Below the pieces are notes generated by a model. That model was given only the letters and a program-made list of their open reading frames with translations. It searched no databases and had not been told where the DNA came from. From a virus, in the IMG/VR virus record IMGVR_UViG_3300036768_000279, positions 64,001-128,000 of that record: 64,000 nucleotides of DNA. One strand, given 5' to 3'. Positions 57,582-64,000 of this stretch are shown piece by piece; position 1 is the stretch's first letter, and each line of letters starts with the position of its first letter. The position numbers were made by a program, and so were the translations under genes.

Positions 57582-58344
57582 TGTATTTCACCTTTTCTTG
57601 CAAAATAGATGGGTTGTTGGCAACTGCCACGAGCACGTCATTGATAGTTCCATCACAAATTGAATAGCCCTGTTTGGCGTACTTCAACATGCGACGCACT
57701 GTCGAAAGTGCGTGGTGTACGTTGTTGACACGCAATTGCTTTCGACCAATGTCATACAGAGTGTATTGCCCCACCATAAGCGTATTGCCATCGGTGAGGA
57801 ATTGACAATTGGTGTAATCAAACCACTCAAGAACCTCTTCCGGGCTACCGAAATAGAACTTGATTAGTTGTAGCTTGAATGGCTTTGATTGAGGAGCATC
57901 AACGGTTGGCGTGAGCGTGACTTCAAGCGTCACATTCAATTCATTCTCACTAATCACCTTGGTAGTTCTCCATGGTGTATTGAGAGTGTCTTTGAATGAT
58001 TGAAGTTGTGCTTCGCTGGCAAAGAATAGATCGAAATCGCTTTCGTCGTTGTTGCCATCGAAGAGACGACGAATCGAGCCACCAGCGAGCCACGGTCCAA
58101 CAACAAAATTCAATGGCTGAATTCCATTGACCACTTCCATGAAGCGGGCTGGATATCCGGTGGTTGGATTGTAGTGCTGACGAGCTACAAACTCAGTCAG
58201 TTTGAGGCAATACTGTTTGCCCGCCAATCTCGTCTGCAATTCTGAATTCGAATCCATAAGCTCTCTCCAGTTCTTTACCTCATTATCGTTTGTCGTGTAG
58301 CCAATACGCAAGGGCTTGTTATCAGGATTCTTGCGTTCACTCAT
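57574..58344 (-). CDS. poly(A)-polymerase/CCA-like nucleotidyltransferase head domain protein
   Basis: AGGSIR, DFDLFF, FDYTNCQ, RMLKYAKQGY. Confidence 0.7.
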   Translation of the reverse strand: MSERKNPDNKPLRIGYTTNDNEVKNWRELMDSNSELQTRLAGKQYCLKLTEFVARQHYNPTTGYPARFMEVVNGIQPLNFVVGPWLAGGSIRRLFDGNNDESDFDLFFASEAQLQSFKDTLNTPWRTTKVISENELNVTLEVTLTPTVDAPQSKPFKLQLIKFYFGSPEEVLEWFDYTNCQFLTDGNTLMVGQYTLYDIGRKQLRVNNVHHALSTVRRMLKYAKQGYSICDGTINDVLVAVANNPSILQEKVKYID

Positions 58345-59414
58345 TCGCTTGCCAAAACCTTTCCCTTTTCGTCTTTGACCTTTTCAAGGACGATTTTCCA
58401 GATCTTGTCATTTATGCTCTTCTTGTCCAAAAGACCGAATACGATACCAGTGAGTTCGTTTGGCGTATTAGCCTGAATCCACAACGCCTGCGTCTTGCGG
58501 TCCCCCTCGGGGATGCGAGCGGCGATACTCTCGGCTTGGATACGAAGCTTATCATGCATTCCCTGTACGTAGGCACGAATGTCATCAAAATCCTGCTGAA
58601 TTCCTTGCGGCAATTCCTTGACGGTGACGCCGTATTCATTGCCACGAATTAGCTCAATGATACCCTTGGGGCTCATGTGATTGAGCAGTCTGTGGACACG
58701 GAGATACGCAGGCGACTTCACCTTGACTCGCTTACCGCTCGCAAAACGGGCGACGTAGCCCTCTTCGTTCGACGCAAACGGAATTTCGCCGCGTAGGTCG
58801 ATGTTGTAACGACGAGGACGACGGAATCCGCACTTATCCGCGATCTGATCGACACGACGAGGATGCCATTCTTCGCCATTATGCTCGAAGATTGCGAGCA
58901 GACACAAGAAGGTCTCGCCTTTATAATCTACGACGATACGGTTTTCGGGATAGATAATCTCGAAGATCGGCGTGCAACCCTGAGGCAAGTGCTCCAGAGT
59001 GTACTGCGAATTGAGGATGGCGGTACCCGCTACGGCTTGATCCGACTCCATGCTACCCGGCGTGGCCAAACGCCAACGACCATCTAGCATGTAGCCAATG
59101 CCACACGAGCCATCGAGCTTTTCGTAGATCTCGACTTCCTCATGCCACGGCAGATTCTCCACCATGCTTTCCGAGACTTCTCCCAGGTTGAAAAACTTAG
59201 GAAAAGGTCGTGCAACGACCGTGCCATCGTCTCGGAAAATGATACCACGAGCCTGACGGTTCACGTCGTTCCAGAGACCCTGGATGTGAGTGTCCTGGGT
59301 GTACTTGAAAATCGTCAGGTCGCCCATCCGCGACGCGGATACGCGACCTTCCTCAACTTCCTTGAGGAGCTTTTCGTAGAGGATGTAGTCTTTCATTTCC
59401 AGTATCCGTCTCAT
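58341..59414 (-). CDS. T4 Rnl1-like RNA ligase
   Basis: ARGIIF, ARPFPKFFN, EKLDGS, FEII, NRIVVDY, EGYV, RVKVKS..Y. Confidence 0.92.
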   Translation of the reverse strand: MRRILEMKDYILYEKLLKEVEEGRVSASRMGDLTIFKYTQDTHIQGLWNDVNRQARGIIFRDDGTVVARPFPKFFNLGEVSESMVENLPWHEEVEIYEKLDGSCGIGYMLDGRWRLATPGSMESDQAVAGTAILNSQYTLEHLPQGCTPIFEIIYPENRIVVDYKGETFLCLLAIFEHNGEEWHPRRVDQIADKCGFRRPRRYNIDLRGEIPFASNEEGYVARFASGKRVKVKSPAYLRVHRLLNHMSPKGIIELIRGNEYGVTVKELPQGIQQDFDDIRAYVQGMHDKLRIQAESIAARIPEGDRKTQALWIQANTPNELTGIVFGLLDKKSINDKIWKIVLEKVKDEKGKVLASE

Positions 59415-60646
59415 GCGAGAGCCCTGGCTCTAGCCTGTTCCATCTTGGCTCTGATCTTCTCGCCATCGCGAAGCGACGCGAATTGGTCACCACGAACAGT
59501 ACGGAACTTATCTGCCGCGTCAAGCACGGCTTGACGCTGCGGGTACGGCTTGTCATGGAACAGCGGGCCACGTCCTTGAGCATCCGCCTGAGCGGCCAAC
59601 GTCACTCGTTCGATGAGCGTATTTCCGTGAGCGGCTCCGAGTCTATCGAGGAGCCGCACCTTCGTCATCGGCTTCAATTCATTGAAACGGTGAACGTTCA
59701 AGTGCTCGCGAGACGCGGCAACGCCAACGTCACGCATAGCATTCGGAACCTTCAAACGCTCACAGAATTGATGCACAAGAGGCACGCCAAGTGCTTCGTG
59801 ATTGTAGTGGTGCGGAAGATTGTCGTCATCCGTCACGGCCTTGCCTAGATCATGTACGAGTGCCGCAAACATCGTAGCGTCATCCGCTCCGAGTTCGCGT
59901 GCTCGGTCCACAACCAGAAGCGTATGAACGAACGCATCGCCTTCCGGGTGGTGCTGCTCGGACTGAACGCGACCTTGCAGTGCCGCAAGCTCTGGAAACA
60001 CCACATCTAGACAATTGAACACGTCCAGTGATTCGAAGAACTTGCTTGGCCGTTGCGAACGCAACGCCTTCATGAGTTCCGTGAATACCCTCTCTTGCGA
60101 AAGAGAGTTAAGCTCGCCACGCAAGAATTGGCACATATGAACAAGCTCCCACGTAGGCTCGAAGCCGCATTGTGCGGCGAACCTTGCGGCACGCAACACA
60201 CGCAGCGGGTCCTCTAGAAAGTGTTCGCTCACAGGAGCCAAACACTTTTCAGAAATCGCCTTGCGGCCACCAAACGGATCGATGATTTCGTCCGTGAATG
60301 GATTCATGGCCATCGCATTGATCGTCAAATCACGACGGAACAAATCTTCATGCAGCGAAACGCCATCCGTTTCACACTCGAATCCCGTGTGTCCAGCACC
60401 GATCTTGCGTTCTTTGCGAGCAAGTGCAATTTCGATACCGTCAACGATCAAAATAGGAAACGACTTACCAACGGGCTGTTCACCTTCCGGCAGGGCAGCC
60501 AAAAGCTGTTGCATCGTCATGCCAACTACGCACAGGTCCACATCCTTGGCCTGTCTGCCCATGACTAGATCGCGTACGGCTCCGCCAACCACAAACGGCT
60601 GGCCGCCAGCCGCCTGGATGCGGCGACATAGATCAAGATGCTTCAT
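59411..60646 (-). CDS. cca: tRNA nucleotidyltransferase (CCA-adding) with HD domain
   Basis: VGGAVRD, DVD, DLFRRDLTINAMA, EDPLRVLRAARF, HHPEGD, HDLGK. Confidence 0.93.
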   Translation of the reverse strand: MKHLDLCRRIQAAGGQPFVVGGAVRDLVMGRQAKDVDLCVVGMTMQQLLAALPEGEQPVGKSFPILIVDGIEIALARKERKIGAGHTGFECETDGVSLHEDLFRRDLTINAMAMNPFTDEIIDPFGGRKAISEKCLAPVSEHFLEDPLRVLRAARFAAQCGFEPTWELVHMCQFLRGELNSLSQERVFTELMKALRSQRPSKFFESLDVFNCLDVVFPELAALQGRVQSEQHHPEGDAFVHTLLVVDRARELGADDATMFAALVHDLGKAVTDDDNLPHHYNHEALGVPLVHQFCERLKVPNAMRDVGVAASREHLNVHRFNELKPMTKVRLLDRLGAAHGNTLIERVTLAAQADAQGRGPLFHDKPYPQRQAVLDAADKFRTVRGDQFASLRDGEKIRAKMEQARARALA

Positions 60647-60659
60647 GCCCTATTCTAGC

Positions 60660-60947
60660 TTACGCGGTAGGTGTAGTCAACTTCTTTCTAATATCCATCA
60701 ACGCCTTACCAAGGAAATTACTTCCTTTGCCGTTACAGACACCCCAGAACGTATCATTCCAAGTATTGCCTTCAATCAATTCGGCGTCGCCAGTAGCTAT
60801 CAATTGGTCTCGAAGCCACGGCTCTTTGAATTTGGCGGCAAGAATGTCGGCCGAAATGCATTCTCTGACGACGGGTATGTCCTCGTATTCGACCTCGCAG
60901 GGCCAAAAGTTACTCAGGAAGCGGAATTCGCCTGACATTCTTTTCAA
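60660..60947 (-). pseudogene. internally deleted NADAR (YbiA-like) gene
   Basis: FLSNFW and LIEGNTWNDTFWG..G.NFLGKALM are present; YPSSENAF lies out of frame; the central Q-A-x-K...W segment is absent. Confidence 0.8.
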
Positions 60948-61212
60948 AGCGATTGCACTCCGTCACCTTATTGAACACGAGCGGCGAGAACTTGGCATTC
61001 CAAAAGCACGCAGAACGAATCTTGTTCATCTCTACAGAGATCTGATTCATGCCAGGCTCTTCGCCCTGTCCTTCAAACGGATTTCCAGGCACTATGCCGG
61101 GCTGCATGAAGGTTTGCGTGTCACTATCGTGAAGAACCATACCGTGCTTGCAATTCCAGCACAGGCTATCTTGAGGCCGCAAGATCTCTTCGTCTTCATC
61201 CGACATATTCAT
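60910..61212 (-). CDS. small Cys-containing hypothetical protein
   Basis: GGAGG RBS before ATG 61212; CWNC...C...C. Confidence 0.6.
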   Translation of the reverse strand: MNMSDEDEEILRPQDSLCWNCKHGMVLHDSDTQTFMQPGIVPGNPFEGQGEEPGMNQISVEMNKIRSACFWNAKFSPLVFNKVTECNRFEKNVRRIPLPE

Positions 61213-61219
61213 TGCCTCC

Positions 61220-61260
61220 ATAATAGGACGAGGACTGGCTTGTGTCAAGCCCGTCCTCGT
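61220..61260 (-). promoter_or_regulatory. sigma70 promoter TTGACA-N17-TATTAT embedded in a 15-bp inverted repeat
   Basis: -35 at 61248-61243, -10 at 61225-61220; ACGAGGACGGGCTTG-ACA-CAAGCCAGTCCTCGT. Confidence 0.75.
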
Positions 61261-61283
61261 AAAACTTGAGCCGTCTCGGCTCA
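61261..61283 (-). terminator. intrinsic terminator after ssb
   Basis: TGAGCCG-AGA-CGGCTCA then AGTTTT. Confidence 0.65.
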
Positions 61284-61670
61284 GAAGAGCTTGCCTTCGC
61301 CGGTTGCCGCTTCGGTAGCAGGAGCCTCAGCCCCCTCCTTCTGTCTGCCGCCACCACCAACAAAGCTGAATCCGCCGAAATTGTCGAGCGTTACCTCGAT
61401 CTTGGAACGCTTCTGTCCGCTTTCCTTGTCTTCCCAGCGGTTCTGGCGAAGAGATCCCTTGACGATGATCTGCTTGCCTTTCTTGAAGAATTCCTTGATG
61501 GTTTCGACCTGTTTGCCGAAAGCCACACAATCAACAAATGCGGTTTCCTTGTTTTCACCGAAGCCGTTATTCACGGCCACAGTAAATCGAGCCACATGCT
61601 GGTCCTTGCCGACGATCTCGGGATCAGCCGTCAAGTTTCCCTGCAAAACAACAACGTTCAAATTGCTCAT
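61281..61670 (-). CDS. ssb: single-stranded DNA-binding protein
   Basis: LNVVVLQGNLTADPE, FVDCVAFGK, KGKQIIVKGSL..NRWEDK. Confidence 0.95.
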   Translation of the reverse strand: MSNLNVVVLQGNLTADPEIVGKDQHVARFTVAVNNGFGENKETAFVDCVAFGKQVETIKEFFKKGKQIIVKGSLRQNRWEDKESGQKRSKIEVTLDNFGGFSFVGGGGRQKEGAEAPATEAATGEGKLF

Positions 61671-61677
61671 GTCTACC

Positions 61678-62049
61678 TCAGTTACCTGTAGTCTGTGCCG
61701 CCTTCTTTGAGGCGATTACTTCTTGCAAAGCCTGCTCACGAGTAAGCAGACCGTTCGCATGTCGCTGACATTGTTCTCGACTCATACGGAATCGACGAGC
61801 AACACCAGTAGCGGCCTTCACTCTTTCAGAGAAATTGTCCGTCGTCAGTCCATCTTCTAAATAGACAGAATCGGGGATTTCAGGCTTACGAGGCTTTAGC
61901 TTGGCGACTCCGCCGCTAGCCAAAAACTCCTCGAATGCTTGTTCTCTGGTCAAAGTTCCAGCCTTGACTCGTGCCTTTTGTTCGTTACTGACTCTAAAGC
62001 GAAATCCGGTACGAGCATGAAAATTCTCAAGTGTTAGATCATCGGTCAT
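61678..62049 (-). CDS. hypothetical protein with two ~40-aa repeats
   Basis: LT..NF...TG..RFR.S.EQ..R...G.LTREQA..E twice; GGAGG RBS before ATG 62049. Confidence 0.7.
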   Translation of the reverse strand: MTDDLTLENFHARTGFRFRVSNEQKARVKAGTLTREQAFEEFLASGGVAKLKPRKPEIPDSVYLEDGLTTDNFSERVKAATGVARRFRMSREQCQRHANGLLTREQALQEVIASKKAAQTTGN

Positions 62050-62070
62050 GTAAGTGCCTCCGTTACGTCT

Positions 62071-62099
62071 ATTATGTCTTGTTCGGCGTCTAGTGTCTA
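62071..62099 (-). promoter_or_regulatory. sigma70-like promoter TAGACA-N17-CATAAT
   Basis: exact 17-nt spacer upstream of the RBS and ATG 62049. Confidence 0.65.
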
Positions 62100-62126
62100 C
62101 CGCTTTTTCAGGATTCGTGTTAGTGA

Positions 62127-62294
62127 CTATTGTAGGTCGTTCGCAATGTCTTGTGTCGTGTGCTGCTTGAATGGATTTGTTGGCACGTCTTCGATGGAGC
62201 GACCTTGTGTTTGTGCTAGATAGCCCATTCTGAACGGCAATGATTTGTTCTTGGGAAAATGTGCAATTCTCCACTTTAGCTCATTCGTATTCAT
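62127..62294 (-). CDS. 55-aa hypothetical protein (below the ORF-track cutoff)
   Basis: MNTNELKWRIAHFPKNK...NDLQ; ATGA-coupled to the ligase stop. Confidence 0.4.
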   Translation of the reverse strand: MNTNELKWRIAHFPKNKSLPFRMGYLAQTQGRSIEDVPTNPFKQHTTQDIANDLQ

Positions 62295-63130
62295 AGATCG
62301 GCTTTTTCACGGAAGACAATACCAACTGGGAAACGCGGTAGTCCGTCGTCCGTGCGATCGAAGAAGCGTACCGTGAGTTTCTTGCCAATGTATTTCCTGC
62401 GATTGGCGTACATTTCGCGGCGTTCTTCTATTGTGGCCTTCATGGTGCATTCAAATGTCTGATCGCCGCACTTGCACTTCCAAATAACGCCGCCCTCCAT
62501 CTTGCCTTTGCCGTCACGGGCATCGATAACGACGAATTCGTCGTCTTGGAATTCCTTGACCTTGAGAAGCTCGGAAGAACGATAGCCCCAGAGGTACCGT
62601 CCGTGACCAAGACGCAGCATGGCACCTTCGTAGCCCTCTTGCATGAATTCGCCGTAGAGCACCATGTTCTTTGGAAGCCATGATTCCAACTGCTTTTGGA
62701 CTGTAGGCATGGAATAGGGCTTACCGGCCCGCGAGGTCAACGCCACCTTATTTCCATCCCATTCAGCCAAACAGCGAACGCCATCAAGCTTAGGTTGTAC
62801 CCAGGCTGGGTAAACAACGCTCTTACGCTTATCCTCGTACTTATGAGCTAACATCGGCAGCCGCAGTTCCTCTTGAGCGGCTTCCGGCGTCTCACTGTAC
62901 TTTCTCTCGATCTTGAAACGCCAGAGCGATTCGGCTTCGGCCTTGGCTTGTACCTCGGGAGTGGTCTCGTGCGAGCGTCCTATGTTCTTGGAGACCGCCT
63001 TTTTCGAGGACGTTTGAAGCTTGCCGCCTACTTGACCGTATGCAGTGTAGATCGTGTCGCCTTGGCTCCAAACTCGCCATTGGCGAAGGTCACCATTTTT
63101 CGCCTTATGGTATAAGATGGGCAACTTCAT
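62291..63130 (-). pseudogene. lig: ATP-dependent DNA ligase with in-frame internal deletion
   Basis: WGR-like N-terminus, PMLA, QPKLDGVRC, SR.GK, then VLYGE runs directly into EGYEGAMLR; motif IIIa is absent; LLKVK and PRFP are present. Confidence 0.8.
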
Positions 63131-63257
63131 GAGACGTGTTTCCAGCTTTTGTGTCGAACGACCTTATGAATGATGTTGTAACTTAAGTTTGGTCGCCAGT
63201 ATAAGCTCTACCCTTACTAGAATCACCCTTCTTAACCTTGGACCAAACTCTTTCCAT
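63127..63257 (-). pseudogene. collapsed HNH endonuclease remnant
   Basis: MERVWSKVKKGD...KGR, and in another frame IHKVVRHKSWKHVS; start/stop overlaps at both ends. Confidence 0.75.
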
Positions 63258-63379
63258 CAATGATGCTCAGTCCCGCCCTTGCGAGTCAAGTAATCTGGGC
63301 TGATGATCTTGAAGATGCGACGCTTCGGATGCGGACGAACCTCGTCAATCGTCACTACACGCACAAGTAGATCGCTCAT
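63257..63379 (-). pseudogene. 40-codon remnant of a DRB0094-family RNA ligase
   Basis: MSDLLVRVVTIDEVRPHP (family N-terminus) fused in frame to RRIFKIISPDYLTRKGGTEHH (family C-terminus). Confidence 0.8.
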
Positions 63380-63383
63380 GTTT

Positions 63384-64000
63384 TCAGCCCATGACGCGGG
63401 CACGGATTTCTGCCAGGGTATTTGTGTTTAGTTCCTTGCCGTCCACAAACACTTCGCGGAAGGCACAATTGTTCACTTCGTCCCAAGTGGCCTGATCCTT
63501 CATGCGGATCGTACCATCGGGATTATTGAAGGCCGCAATCAGGCCCTTCGCCGACTTCTTCGAAAAAGCTCCCTTGCTCGTCTTGGGATCCTTGAAGATG
63601 GCTCGTTCCTCGCCATTGACGACACCGTAGGTGGCCTTCATGGCAAAGCCAAAGGTGTCACGAGTATTGTACTGATACGTGTAGCTTCCGATACCAGCAA
63701 CCCAATTCGTAGAAGCGAAACACTTTTCCATGAGTCGCTGGTTGATTCGCTTCGCGAGGTCTCGCGTGATTGAGTCACCGTAGATGAGGCCGACGTGCGA
63801 ATCCAGTTCCTTGAATCCTGCGGCGTTCGTAGTGCCACCAAACAAGTCCCACAAGACTTCGATTGCACCCTTGTACTCGGGCGAGCCTTCGGGGGCGTCG
63901 GGATCGCCACAAATGATTTCCAAAGGCGTCTTCGGGCTTGAATCAGGACGAATGACCAGCTTGCCATTTCTTGCCAGAATTTCCTCCCGCAATTGCGGGA
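63384..64000 (-). CDS. nicotinamide phosphoribosyltransferase-like protein (NadV/Namat), 5' part outside the window
   Basis: VIRPDS, LIYGDSIT, GIGSYTYQYNTRDTFGFAMKAT, KDPKT, KKSAKG. Confidence 0.9.
   Translation of the reverse strand, partial: PQLREEILARNGKLVIRPDSSPKTPLEIICGDPDAPEGSPEYKGAIEVLWDLFGGTTNAAGFKELDSHVGLIYGDSITRDLAKRINQRLMEKCFASTNWVAGIGSYTYQYNTRDTFGFAMKATYGVVNGEERAIFKDPKTSKGAFSKKSAKGLIAAFNNPDGTIRMKDQATWDEVNNCAFREVFVDGKELNTNTLAEIRARVMG

Noticed and set aside
1-64000. Stop-codon reassignment as the cause of the fragmented ORFs
   Set aside because: Core genes are full length in the standard code and end in TAA, TAG and TGA; the fragments involve missing sequence and frame changes.
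1-64000. tRNA or rRNA genes
   Set aside because: No cloverleaf or T-loop signature noticed in the short non-coding gaps; a tRNAscan run would be needed to be sure.

Overview
This 64-kb window looks like part of a large lytic dsDNA phage genome: gene-dense, ATGA/TAATG-coupled, standard genetic code, with no ribosomal or cell-envelope housekeeping genes. Two arms converge on a GC-rich hairpin at ~44,960. The + arm carries (i) a bacterial-type replisome (RecA, DnaB, primase, PD-(D/E)XK nuclease, ClpP, DnaE, SSB-like protein, sigma factor); (ii) an ~19-kb glycosylation locus (about 11 glycosyltransferases, 4 SAM methyltransferases, an IMPDH/GMPR-family enzyme, Fcl, Gmd); (iii) nucleotide metabolism (MazG-like protein, FAD oxidoreductase, monomeric class II RNR, ThyX); and (iv) Ser/Gly-rich modular virion/fibre-like proteins and a holin-like protein. 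The - arm carries PhoH, coupled peptide deformylase and methionine aminopeptidase, family-4 UDG, an apparently inactive YhaM-like protein, a second sigma factor, an SMC-like ATPase, a DnaQ-like exonuclease, dNMP kinase, and an RNA-repair/NAD cluster (nucleotidyltransferase, Rnl1, CCA enzyme, NADAR, SSB, DNA ligase, NAMPT-like protein). The main observations are these. About a dozen genes (9 homing endonucleases, an RNA ligase, NADAR, DNA ligase) are internally deleted, and most keep their ends and start/stop overlaps. One intact LAGLIDADG gene arrived with a replacement 3' end for its target glycosyltransferase. A TTAGTGT(A/G) motif, often followed by an SD-occluding hairpin, is a candidate late promoter. 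The glycosylation locus may modify Ser-Gly sites on virion proteins. All family calls come from motif recognition by eye; no searches were run.
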